Below are positions 9,848 to 19,302 of a DNA stretch of 64,000 nt, in pieces. Source of the DNA: Candidatus Terraquivivens tengchongensis (GTDB taxonomy: Archaea > Thermoproteota > Nitrososphaeria_A > Caldarchaeales > Wolframiiraptoraceae); contig JALNJZ010000003.1 of NCBI GenBank assembly GCA_023261845.1, positions 1-64,000 on the forward strand. The letters are read 5' to 3'. Under the pieces are notes generated by a model that ran no database searches, had not been told where the DNA came from, and saw only the letters and a list, made by a program, of their open reading frames with translations. Within the stretch, counting starts at the first letter, position 1; each line of letters starts with the position of its first letter. The translations under genes and the position numbers were made by a program.

Positions 9848-10306
9848 TCACTCCCGTTGTATACGCCTCCATTTAGGCACCTGGGGGTAAACTTTTCCAT
9901 CTGCTGAAACTCGTCCGCATCCCAGACATAGGCGTTTGTAAAACGCAACAACATACCTTGCTGCGGTAGGCTTATCAAGTTGTATTGGTGCCCCCTCCAT
10001 CCAGAGTCTAGCTTGTTCTTCAGTTAATTCTATCCAGTTCTTCTTAATGCTATTGCAGAGTAGTTGTGAACCTTCAATCGAAAGTACGACTTCCTGCCCC
10101 TCGAGTTTTGCTATATATAAACCCAACGATTGTACGCCCCGCATTTTTTCTGCGACCTTTATCGTATCGCTCGTAGTTAGTCTAATTTTACCTTCACCTG
10201 CTTGTATCAAAACTTTATCCGAAAAATCTTCAGCACCATAATGCCTTTCAAGCATTGCTTGGAAAGCTGACTTCTTTGAAGAATCTAATAGAACTATCTT
10301 TTTCAG
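9848..10306 (-). CDS. RsmF C-terminal/NIP7-like pre-PUA+PUA RNA-binding protein (ATG at 10255; probable CTG start at 10306)
   Basis: SLGLYIAK...LSIEGSQLL...IELTEEQARLWMEG...LGCGR..DGKV.PQVPK; lies directly behind the NSUN gene. Confidence 0.75.
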   Translation of the reverse strand: MKKIVLLDSSKKSAFQAMLERHYGAEDFSDKVLIQAGEGKIRLTTSDTIKVAEKMRGVQSLGLYIAKLEGQEVVLSIEGSQLLCNSIKKNWIELTEEQARLWMEGAPIQLDKPTAARYVVAFYKRLCLGCGRVSADGKVYPQVPKWRRIQRE

Positions 10307-11247
10307 GAATCATCACCCTCCTTCACTATCTTTGCCATAAAGAACCCTTCAGCCTCATGTTCATATGGATAAACTCTTACACATTGCTCAAGTTCAGGAT
10401 TAAACTTGTTATGCTGCCATTCTAGAATTCCTTTGCTCATCTTCAATCCTTCCAGCTTTATACTCTTTAAACGTGCACTCGGTCTAATTGTAATGAGGCG
10501 ATCTATAACCCACTCGTTTTCTTGCGGACTGAGTGTACACGTGGCATAGATCATTACACCACCAACCTTTAAACAATCGAAGCCGGAAATAGCTAGACTG
10601 AGCTGGAGTTTAGACAAACGTTCAGAAGCTCGAAAGCTCCAGTTTTTCGCAGCACCCCGATCTTTACTTACTATACCGAGCGATGTGCATGGTGCGTCAA
10701 CAAGCACTTTGTCAAAAAACCCTTTGGCCCATAATGGAAATTTCCTCCCGTCGGCTTGCGTGATAACACAATTTATAACTCCACATCTCTGAACGTTAGA
10801 AGAGAGTGCCCTTATCCTCTTAACATTCACATCGTTTGCAACTATTACACCTTCACCTTGTAGAACTTGTGCTATTTGTGTAGTTTTGCTGCCCGGAGCG
10901 GCGCAAAGATCCAAGATGAACTCGCCAGGTTTAGGTGATAGCACCTCGACTGGTGCCATGGATACTGCACCTTGAATGTATATTAAACCGAGCATATGCT
11001 CAAGCATGTTTGATAAATTGATGTCATTTACGACCCAGTAACCGTACCTCGTCCAAGGTATCTTTTCAAGCTCTACGCCTTTTTCCCTTAGTATATTTAG
11101 CACGTCTTCCTCTCTAGCTTTTAGTGTGTTGACTCTTATGGATTGTCTTATGGGTTTTTGATAACTTTCTAGTAAACTTTCGACATCCACCTCCGGTAGA
11201 CTGTACAGAAGGTTTCTAAGGTCCTCGCTTATCTTAATGGTGCTCAT
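10303..11247 (-). CDS. NOL1/NOP2/sun (RsmF-like) RNA m5C methyltransferase
   Basis: SIRVNTLK, ILDLCAAPGSKTTQ, VLVDAPCTS and YATCT. Confidence 0.93.
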   Translation of the reverse strand: MSTIKISEDLRNLLYSLPEVDVESLLESYQKPIRQSIRVNTLKAREEDVLNILREKGVELEKIPWTRYGYWVVNDINLSNMLEHMLGLIYIQGAVSMAPVEVLSPKPGEFILDLCAAPGSKTTQIAQVLQGEGVIVANDVNVKRIRALSSNVQRCGVINCVITQADGRKFPLWAKGFFDKVLVDAPCTSLGIVSKDRGAAKNWSFRASERLSKLQLSLAISGFDCLKVGGVMIYATCTLSPQENEWVIDRLITIRPSARLKSIKLEGLKMSKGILEWQHNKFNPELEQCVRVYPYEHEAEGFFMAKIVKEGDDS

Positions 11248-11271
11248 TACTCGTCACCTGAGCTATTACGC

Positions 11272-11895
11272 TTATTTGAATACTTCCCCAGTTTTGTCAG
11301 CCCACATAACGAGGTCAAGGGCCCCGGGCCTCATACCCAAATCCTTAGCAAGTTGCATAAACTTCTTTTCAAGTGTCAAATATGTTCTTCGTGTCAAACT
11401 TTTCGGCACCTCTTCTATGATCCCAGCCTCCTTCATACCTCTCAGTATATGTCTGTCCAAAATCGCTAACCCTTCATAACCTATATTCCTCAAAAAATGG
11501 CTTGCTTCCTTATAGCCTAGACCTTTCACGTTTTTAACGAGCCACTCTCTTGCCTTTAAAGCATCCGACGGTAAATTCTTTAACGATTTTAAATACGTCC
11601 TTGCGGCAATTATGTATCTGGCCTTCGCCTCGGGAAATCGGACACCGCTCCCCCTCAACACAGATGCTATACTCCCCTCATCACCATGAAGTAACAGCGA
11701 CGCTTCCTTTAGCATTGATATGGCTGCATCAGCTGACCTTGCTTTAGTCTGAGGAGTGCATAGGCAGAAGCAAAGCTCCGCAAACACTTCCTCATCACTT
11801 CTTTGCAACATATCTTTGAATTCTCTAAGCCTACTTTCTATCTCTTCACGCTTTTCTTCGTAGATCTTCAGATACCTACGAATGGTATCATTCAT
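11272..11895 (-). CDS. ogg: 8-oxoguanine DNA glycosylase/AP lyase (Ogg2 type)
   Basis: ELCFCLCT, VKGLGYKEASHFLRNIG, AILDRHI and C-terminal GEVFK. Confidence 0.93.
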   Translation of the reverse strand: MNDTIRRYLKIYEEKREEIESRLREFKDMLQRSDEEVFAELCFCLCTPQTKARSADAAISMLKEASLLLHGDEGSIASVLRGSGVRFPEAKARYIIAARTYLKSLKNLPSDALKAREWLVKNVKGLGYKEASHFLRNIGYEGLAILDRHILRGMKEAGIIEEVPKSLTRRTYLTLEKKFMQLAKDLGMRPGALDLVMWADKTGEVFK

Positions 11896-13382
11896 GCTAC
11901 CTGCTCTTTCCCCACTCTCGCTATATGTAGTTGTCTATCATAAAGTTCAAAAAATAGCCTAGTTTTGCCCATCGTCTCTGCATCGATTTCTCTAACCTTA
12001 ACCACAACGGGTATGTCTTTGACCAGGTAGCCTATAAGTAGACAGTAACGCGGAGGCAATGAAGCTGCTATGGCCTTAACACTTTCGGAATCTATGCGCG
12101 AAGTCTTTGCTATTGCCTCCAAATCAGCCTCGTTAGTGAAGTTGAAAAGAATTATGTTGTCTGCCTGTCTATAAATTGTTTCGGGTATAGAATCGGGCTG
12201 GTTCGTCACGAAGATTGGCGATAGGCCTAAATGTCTCATTCTCGTAACCATATCGTCCCAGTACGTATCCCTTAAGTAAAGATGCGCCTCCTCGGCCACG
12301 AGGAATATGGGGGGCAGCCTTCTTGCTTGTAGCAACTCAGTAAGCTTACTAAGTAAATATTCAACAACCATTCTTCTTGTCGAGGGCAATAGGTCCCTGA
12401 GATTAACCACGAGCATTTTACCACTGATACATTTGGCAACCTCATCGAAAGATGTTACGCAGTCTTCATCGTCTGTAATTATGCCCGTGGCCTCTATAGC
12501 CATAAGCCTACTCATCAACGCCTCCTTCACGGATTCATGTAGTTGTGTCTTTTGAATGGTGTCTATCAAATCTCTGAGGGTAACTTCACCCTTATTCTTC
12601 TTTACAGCATTCCATATCCTAAAGAATTCCCGACTACTGCTTGACGGTGTATCGTAAACATGGATTAGTATGTCCATAAAAGTTCTGAGGCCGACGTCCT
12701 CCGTCCTAACTTTGAAGTTCTTACCTGGCTCCAGCACTTCGTGCCGAAGGGCTATGCTACTCTGGCTCCCATCAACTCTCTTCTTCAGGTTTACGTATTC
12801 TCCATTAATGTCAAGCACTATGACTAAGGCCCCATACTCAACCAATGTAGTTGATATTAGTTTTGTTACATGAGACTTTCCGGTTTCTTTCTTCCCAGTT
12901 ATTATGGTCAGTCTACCATCAAAGGATTCTGCATCAACCCAGAAGTCTTCTCCTCCTACTGTTCCAATGTGGATCCTTCGCTTACCTAATAGCTTCATTA
13001 CGTTCCTTAACAACTCAGCTTTTGCGACGGAGATACATGATCTAAACCTTGAAGGAAGCCATGAACTATTATGTGCAATTCTATCCCCCTCCACGATACA
13101 CCTTATCTTACACCTTATCATCCTAGCCTCTTTTATCATAATCGTCAGCGATCCTGTATCAAATGGGTCGAAGATGTTTTCATGATTCACGATTTCTAAC
13201 GAAACTTCACGTAACATGTCCTCTAGTATACCGGGAATATCGGCATAGCTCACGTCTATTACCTGAGCAAGCATAAACTTGTCCCCTTCGCTCACTAGAA
13301 GATATTGGCCCTTTTCGACCAAAATCTCTGGAGGGAATGCCAATATATCTAACGTGTCTTTTTGCTTAGAGAAAATCTTCAT
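11892..13382 (-). CDS. herA: HerA-like FtsK/HerA ATPase
   Basis: N-terminal HAS-barrel-like region; Walker A GKKETGKS; LDINGEY; Walker B AEEAH; RMRHLG; VTNQP. Confidence 0.85.
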   Translation of the reverse strand: MKIFSKQKDTLDILAFPPEILVEKGQYLLVSEGDKFMLAQVIDVSYADIPGILEDMLREVSLEIVNHENIFDPFDTGSLTIMIKEARMIRCKIRCIVEGDRIAHNSSWLPSRFRSCISVAKAELLRNVMKLLGKRRIHIGTVGGEDFWVDAESFDGRLTIITGKKETGKSHVTKLISTTLVEYGALVIVLDINGEYVNLKKRVDGSQSSIALRHEVLEPGKNFKVRTEDVGLRTFMDILIHVYDTPSSSSREFFRIWNAVKKNKGEVTLRDLIDTIQKTQLHESVKEALMSRLMAIEATGIITDDEDCVTSFDEVAKCISGKMLVVNLRDLLPSTRRMVVEYLLSKLTELLQARRLPPIFLVAEEAHLYLRDTYWDDMVTRMRHLGLSPIFVTNQPDSIPETIYRQADNIILFNFTNEADLEAIAKTSRIDSESVKAIAASLPPRYCLLIGYLVKDIPVVVKVREIDAETMGKTRLFFELYDRQLHIARVGKEQVA

Positions 13383-13384
13383 AT

Positions 13385-14437
13385 CTAGTAACCGTCCAAC
13401 GGATTGAAAAGGCTGCTTCTTACATCACCCATGTCGAAAGTGTCCACGTTAAACTCTTGCTTTAACAATTTTTGCAACGCTAACACATCTAACTTGTTAA
13501 AGGTGCAATAATTGTGGGCTAATAATAATGTCTCGGGGTACCCATATATCAAAGCATCACTGCTGAGAAGATTGTTGATTGCATGCAAGGCACCATCCAC
13601 TTCCCTTTCACTTACGTCGAGCCTGTAAGGAAAGAAAGTTCTGGATAGGTGGGATACTAATATCCTGCCGAGCTTATGAATTTTAGGAGACGAGCATATA
13701 GCATCACTTACATCAACCACACACGGCGGATCTAAGTCTGGTATCAGTGATGTTATCCTAGTTCCCAGATAGGATAAATGTGTTGACTTTGAAAAAGCAA
13801 GCACAACGTTGCCATTCCGTTCAGCCTCACTAAGTGTCTCTCGGGTCAATTGCAAGGAGTTATCAGCTGGCCCAGCCGTTAACGAACCATCAAACAGCAG
13901 TATTGAATCAGAAAACGTTGATGCGAGAGAACGCTGAAGCCATTTCTCGAGCAAGCTGCTGATGCTCTTGTGTATTGTCTCAAATTTTTCACTAAGCGGT
14001 TGGCCATTCACGAGTTCGGACATAAAGGTGAGTAAAGGCAAGTTATCCTCAAAAGATACAAAAAAGATTAGGGGGCCGATTATCCACGACTCTATGCCCC
14101 CGGACCTTTTTCTCCTTACCACGGAACCCCTCAAAGCGGCGAGGTAGCCAAAGGGCCCCTCAGCCAGCTTTATGACCGAAGTATCGCATGCGATCACATC
14201 GCACGTCCTGCCAGAAGGTTTCAGTCTGTAGGCCCTAACGGAGGCCATCTTGTCCAACTCTAACATAGCATCATGGCCAACATAGTATCCAAACTCGTCG
14301 ATGCTGATGGTAGGTAAGGCCTTTCTTAGGTTTTCCATAGATCCTAATCCCATCTTAGAAAATGCTTTAAATACCCCTAAGAAGTTCTCAATAATGGTGG
14401 TATCTGTGTTTATAAGTGTGCTCATTCGCGCTCTCAC
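13385..14437 (-). CDS. nurA: NurA-family 5'-3' nuclease
   Basis: IACDTS, LLFDGSL, LAFSKST and GYPETLLLAHNYC. Confidence 0.85.
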   Translation of the reverse strand: MRARMSTLINTDTTIIENFLGVFKAFSKMGLGSMENLRKALPTISIDEFGYYVGHDAMLELDKMASVRAYRLKPSGRTCDVIACDTSVIKLAEGPFGYLAALRGSVVRRKRSGGIESWIIGPLIFFVSFEDNLPLLTFMSELVNGQPLSEKFETIHKSISSLLEKWLQRSLASTFSDSILLFDGSLTAGPADNSLQLTRETLSEAERNGNVVLAFSKSTHLSYLGTRITSLIPDLDPPCVVDVSDAICSSPKIHKLGRILVSHLSRTFFPYRLDVSEREVDGALHAINNLLSSDALIYGYPETLLLAHNYCTFNKLDVLALQKLLKQEFNVDTFDMGDVRSSLFNPLDGY

Positions 14438-14494
14438 TATTAATACTAGGAATTTATGTGCTTATAAATGTTGCGCAATTTGGGTAATTTGCTC

Positions 14495-14926
14495 ATGTCC
14501 CAAGAAAGAATAAAAGTCAAGATAACGGTAGGAAAGGCAAACGTGGAGATAGAGGCACCTCCTGAACTGTTAGAGAAGTCCATAAGGGATGTTATGGCTG
14601 CCCTTGGTGTTTCAGAAACATTAGAGCCTGAATCGGAGCCTCAAAAACGTACGAAGTCCGCCGACACATCCACGTGTAGGGGGTTGGTGGAAAGTATGCT
14701 CAAGGAGGGGTGGTTCTCCACACCAAGGCCGTTGTCGGAGGTTGTGGCAGAGTTGGCCAGAAGGGGGCACCATTATGACCCGACCGCCGTAGCCCACGTT
14801 TTATTAGATATGGTAAGGGAGGGTGGCCTAGTTAGAATAGGCCGTCCCAGAAGGTACTTGTATTTAACACAATCCGCATCAACGGCGAGTGTGGAAACCG
14901 AAGAAAGTGAATCCAGAAGCGAATGA
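14495..14926 (+). CDS. Beta-hairpin + winged-helix protein (paralog 1)
   Basis: IKVKITVGKANVEIEA N-terminus; EGWFSTPRPLSEV...LLDMVREGGLVR wHTH; ATG 14495 lies about 25 nt after CTTATAAA. Confidence 0.75.
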   Translation: MSQERIKVKITVGKANVEIEAPPELLEKSIRDVMAALGVSETLEPESEPQKRTKSADTSTCRGLVESMLKEGWFSTPRPLSEVVAELARRGHHYDPTAVAHVLLDMVREGGLVRIGRPRRYLYLTQSASTASVETEESESRSE

Positions 14927-15424
14927 TTATTTTTTCTCGATTTTCCCTTCAATAAACTCCTTGATGCCTAGCATAGTTATGACATAATCTCCCCTATCTA
15001 GTCGTCTGATGTAGCCCTTTCGTAAGAGTAGGCTTAACTTCCCCGATATGGTCTTCTCGGACTTAGCTATACTTTTCGCAAGTTCAGAAGCATTTATGGA
15101 TGGAGATTCGGCCAGACCCAATCCATGCTCAAGATACCTCTTTATACATAAGAGCATTATCGCCTCAGAAACTGATAGAGTGTTTAGAGGTTTAAGCAAG
15201 AAGATCCCCTCGGCTTGGTTATACGCTAGGTAATTCCTCAGCTTCTCAATTAACTCTTGAATATCTACAGAATAGCTTATCCTACTCGCAAGCGAGTAGG
15301 ATGGTATTACCTTCTCCATAAAGGATATGATGCTTTTATAAATGTCATCGGGCTTTCCCTCAAAATCTGCCCTGACATCTTTATACTGTATTGAAACCTT
15401 CATGATATCTTCGTTCATAATCAA
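14927..15424 (-). CDS. Beta-hairpin + winged-helix protein (paralog 2)
   Basis: MKVSIQYKDVRADFEG; SELAKSIAKSEKTISGKLSLLLRKGYI..GDYVIT wHTH. Confidence 0.75.
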   Translation of the reverse strand: MIMNEDIMKVSIQYKDVRADFEGKPDDIYKSIISFMEKVIPSYSLASRISYSVDIQELIEKLRNYLAYNQAEGIFLLKPLNTLSVSEAIMLLCIKRYLEHGLGLAESPSINASELAKSIAKSEKTISGKLSLLLRKGYIRRLDRGDYVITMLGIKEFIEGKIEKK

Positions 15425-15891
15425 ACCTCCTCTGCCAGCATGTTGATGGCAGACGTATTAAAAGCATACTTCCCTCCATCAACCTTTATAACAAGACCAG
15501 ACTTTCTCATCTCACTTAGCCTAGCTCTGGTAACCCTTTCTTCTAAGCCTGTTATTGTCGAAACCTCTTTAGGAGAAAGTGCATCGTTCTCCAGAAGTCC
15601 AAACACTTTGCCCACGTATGCAGTCGCAAGGCATATGAGTATCTTTTTCTTTGCATCCACTTGAGCCGATATAATTATTCTGCCGTTTACTATCTGTGCC
15701 TTTCCCGAAAGTAATGACATGATATGAGAAACATCAACTGTTCCTAGGAACTTCTTCACTATACAGAGGGACGGATAAAGTTCCGAAAGGTACTTGTTAA
15801 CACTCATCCATACTTCTTCATAATTTCCATCAAACTCGACGGAAACATCGTCATGTTGTATTCTTATCTTAAGGCCTCTCACATTTTGCAA
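15421..15891 (-). CDS. Beta-hairpin + winged-helix protein (paralog 3)
   Basis: LKIRIQHDDVSVEFDG; LSPKEVSTITGLEERVTRARLSEMRKSGLV..GKY wHTH; stop overlaps paralog 2 start. Confidence 0.75.
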   Translation of the reverse strand: MQNVRGLKIRIQHDDVSVEFDGNYEEVWMSVNKYLSELYPSLCIVKKFLGTVDVSHIMSLLSGKAQIVNGRIIISAQVDAKKKILICLATAYVGKVFGLLENDALSPKEVSTITGLEERVTRARLSEMRKSGLVIKVDGGKYAFNTSAINMLAEEV

Positions 15892-15950
15892 AGTCTTTAA
15901 CCAACATAAGTATCAAAAATACGGACATTAAAATTTATCGTTAACGTTCT

Positions 15951-17870
15951 CTATTGGAGGGCCCCAGATTTGAGCGCATGGATCGTCTTTAATAACATGC
16001 TGTTTATGAGCGCCCCGTCAACCCTGCCCCTATAGTATTTCATGAGCTCACCCATCAGCTTAGCCACAACTTTCCTTTCATCAGCAAAGACCTCCTGCTT
16101 ATACTCTTTAACGAGTGCCTTAATTTTATCTTCCACTTCTGAAATTGGAGGAGACCAAAGGCCAAGTTCATCTATAACTTGGTCTACGCTTTGTCCTTTC
16201 TGGGCTACGGCTGTTAGGACATCCCTAGCGGCCTCCTTCGCAACCTTACCACATGACACGAGCTCAAAGAACCTCATCATATGCGCTTTGGATATCTTTT
16301 CAACGTTAACTCCCTCCCTCTTTAAACTTCTTAGAAGTTCTGTTAGTGTAGAGGCCACGAGAGTAGGAGGTGCCCCAGTTTTTGATAGAATGTCTTCAAA
16401 ATCTTCAACCACATCGCTATCTATAAGATCGTTTGCAAGTTGCTTGCTAAGCCCGTATCTTTCCACTAGTTGTTGAACTATCGCGTCCAAAGCCGGTGGA
16501 AGTCTTGCCTTTAGGTGTTCGATATATTCTCTTGAAATTATGGTCGGTGGTATATCAGTCTCTGGATACATCCTTGCTGAGCCCGGTCTTGGTCTCATGT
16601 AAACGGTCGTCCCATCAGGTTTTGCAGCCCTAGTTTCTTCAGGCACCCCGTCCAAGGCCTCTGCTGCCCTTTCCTTAATAACATTTATTGCATCTAATGC
16701 TTTATCTCTTTCAGCTGCCACAATAACCACAGCATCTAATTCTCCAGCACACGTTGTATCTTTGAGAGCCTTAACCTCTTCAATCGTTATTCCATAATTA
16801 GGAAGTTCGTCCGTGTGGAATATCCCCTCTACATCACTCCATGCCCTAACCCTTCCTGCAATCTCCGCACCAAGTCTTATACCAGGTGAAGGTTGCAGAC
16901 CCAGCAATCCAGCAAATCCCTTTAACACTATTGCATATACAACGCCGCCTGCATCAAGCTGCCTTTTGATTATCTTGCTTGAAGTTTTAGAAAATACGTG
17001 AGTAACGTCAACGTGCTTTGTGTTCCAAATGTCTTCTTTCTTAACGCCACGCTTCAACAATTCCTCTTTTATCCGCAAAAGATGTAGTTGCCGTTTAACT
17101 TCGTTTTCTACAACCTTTTGGATGAGCTCAAGTTCTTGGACACCTTTTATCTCAACGGGTGCCCCATCTTTGATTGAGATGTTTAAGTCTTGCCTGATGG
17201 TTCCTATACCTCTCTTAACTTTGCCCGTTGCCCTTAGTGTTCTTCCTATGACATAAGCTGCTTCCATAGCTTCTTCAGGTGATTCAATGACGGGCTCTGT
17301 TGAAATTTCTATTAACGGTATGCCGAGCCTTGATAAGTCGTAATGGACTTCATCCTTTCTAACCTCTATTATCCTGGCGGCATCCTCTTCGAGGGTTATC
17401 GTCTGTATAGGTATGGTTTTATTCTTTACCTTTATTTGTCCTCCTATCGCAACTATACACGTGCGCTGGAACCCTGTCGTGTTGGACCCGTCTATAACTA
17501 TCTTGCGCATTACATGCACTTCATCAACTGGTTTAGAGTTAAGTAGAAGAGCAACCGTAAGGGCCACTTCGAGAGCCTCGGGATTTAAGTTATGCGGAGG
17601 CTCCTCATCCATCTCGACCAGACAAACATTCTTAAGATTCGCATGATAGACTATCGTCTTTCGCTTTCTTGATTCGAACATTGCTGCCGCGTCTACAGTG
17701 CCTAGCTCGCTCTGAACTTCCCTCAACCTTCTGATGAATGTTATGCTTTCACCATCTTCGGTACTTTCTGTCGGACAATCACAAAACAACTTCTTCTTTG
17801 TATCTAGCTGCCTATGTACTTCCAGACCTACTTTCAACCTTATGCTGGAATAGTCCTCCATACTTACCAC
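15951..17870 (-). CDS. gatE: Glu-tRNA(Gln) amidotransferase subunit E
   Basis: LKVGLEVHRQL, MRKIVIDGSNTTGFQRT, GTIRQDLNISI and ARMYPETD. Confidence 0.97.
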   Translation of the reverse strand: MVSMEDYSSIRLKVGLEVHRQLDTKKKLFCDCPTESTEDGESITFIRRLREVQSELGTVDAAAMFESRKRKTIVYHANLKNVCLVEMDEEPPHNLNPEALEVALTVALLLNSKPVDEVHVMRKIVIDGSNTTGFQRTCIVAIGGQIKVKNKTIPIQTITLEEDAARIIEVRKDEVHYDLSRLGIPLIEISTEPVIESPEEAMEAAYVIGRTLRATGKVKRGIGTIRQDLNISIKDGAPVEIKGVQELELIQKVVENEVKRQLHLLRIKEELLKRGVKKEDIWNTKHVDVTHVFSKTSSKIIKRQLDAGGVVYAIVLKGFAGLLGLQPSPGIRLGAEIAGRVRAWSDVEGIFHTDELPNYGITIEEVKALKDTTCAGELDAVVIVAAERDKALDAINVIKERAAEALDGVPEETRAAKPDGTTVYMRPRPGSARMYPETDIPPTIISREYIEHLKARLPPALDAIVQQLVERYGLSKQLANDLIDSDVVEDFEDILSKTGAPPTLVASTLTELLRSLKREGVNVEKISKAHMMRFFELVSCGKVAKEAARDVLTAVAQKGQSVDQVIDELGLWSPPISEVEDKIKALVKEYKQEVFADERKVVAKLMGELMKYYRGRVDGALINSMLLKTIHALKSGALQ

Positions 17871-19204
17871 GAATCCGTGTTAGGTAAGCTTCTTGAGTAG
17901 ATCTCTCCAGCAATATTCATCAGCATGAGTTTTTTAATTTCCTCTAATCCAGCACCCTCACCAAGGTTACCTAACGTCCACATGAGTTTAACGAGTGCCA
18001 CCTCGGATAACATATCATCAAGCGGAACAACGCCCGCTTTTAGTAAATCCCTACCGGTATCGTATACATTCATGTTAACTCTTCCAAACTTACACTGAGA
18101 TGTCATGCCCACGAATATGCCCCTTTCCGTTAACTCTCTTATAATTGGTACCCAATCCGAGGAAACATGCCCTAGCCCTGTCCCTTCTATTATGAAACCT
18201 CTTATACCGCTGTCAGCTAGAATGCTTAGTATATCGGGTTTCATGGATGGAAAGAACTTAACGAGAAATGCTCTTTCATCAAACTTTGGTTTGTAGGTAT
18301 AATTGTTGGAACCTCTTGGGTTTAGATCGTTAGCCACCACTTTAAGCTCACCATGCTGATAATAAGCGATTGGTCTAGAATTTACCGAGCGGAAGGCATC
18401 TCTGCTACTCGTATGTAGCTTGATGACTCTAGTTCCCCTATGCAGGGCTATGATGTCATCGGAGTGCCATTTATGCATGGCAACGACAACTTCGCCGAAA
18501 GGTGCCTTGGCTGCCGTTGCGACAGCTGCAATTAAGTTAGTCGCAGCGTCGCTTGAAGGTCTGTCTGAAGACCTCTGGGCACCAACAAGAACTATTGGAA
18601 CCGGCGGTTTCTGTAGAGCGAAGCTAAGTGCAGCAGCCGTATATCCCATAGTATCGGTGCCGTGTGTTAAGACCACACCATCTACGCCTTTATGAATAAA
18701 ATGGTCTACAGCTTCAGCCATTCCAATCCAATGCTGAACCTGAACGTTCTCACTAAACAGACTATATAACACCTCGGTGTCTATCTTTGCAATTTCTGCA
18801 AGTTCGGGAACTATCGCCAAAAGATCATCTGCATTTAAAGCGGGCCTGACCGCACCAGTTCTATATTCTACCCTGCTGGCTATGGTACCGCCTGTACTGA
18901 TTATGATGACATTTGGAAGGCCGCTTAGGGTTTGTGGTTTAGGCGGTCGCATAAACATAGGCTTTGCTCCAGCAGAAATTTTGGATATGCTCGTATTCTC
19001 TGCAACCCTTATGCCTATGTTGTAACCGTTGGACAGTTTTAGCGTTATGTAGTTTGGGTCTGCCAACTCGTATCTAGCCATAAGAATGCCCCTGTATTTT
19101 CTGCCGTCTGATATTATCTCAATCTCGTCTCCAATGCTTATGTTTTCCTGTTCTAGAAGTTTCCTTACAATGCCTGAGTATCCTTGCAATTCCGGCATAT
19201 CCAT
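17864..19204 (-). CDS. gatD: Glu-tRNA(Gln) amidotransferase subunit D
   Basis: STGGTIASRV, HGTDTM, GAQRSSDRPSSD and KLHTSSRDAF. Confidence 0.97.
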   Translation of the reverse strand: MDMPELQGYSGIVRKLLEQENISIGDEIEIISDGRKYRGILMARYELADPNYITLKLSNGYNIGIRVAENTSISKISAGAKPMFMRPPKPQTLSGLPNVIIISTGGTIASRVEYRTGAVRPALNADDLLAIVPELAEIAKIDTEVLYSLFSENVQVQHWIGMAEAVDHFIHKGVDGVVLTHGTDTMGYTAAALSFALQKPPVPIVLVGAQRSSDRPSSDAATNLIAAVATAAKAPFGEVVVAMHKWHSDDIIALHRGTRVIKLHTSSRDAFRSVNSRPIAYYQHGELKVVANDLNPRGSNNYTYKPKFDERAFLVKFFPSMKPDILSILADSGIRGFIIEGTGLGHVSSDWVPIIRELTERGIFVGMTSQCKFGRVNMNVYDTGRDLLKAGVVPLDDMLSEVALVKLMWTLGNLGEGAGLEEIKKLMLMNIAGEIYSRSLPNTDSW

Positions 19205-19302
19205 ATCATCCAGCTCACGCTTTATTTACACGACATTTTTATTAACCTATACGTCCCGAAAGTTTTTATAAGAACAAGCTATCAGAGATTCTCGAAACGT
19301 AG

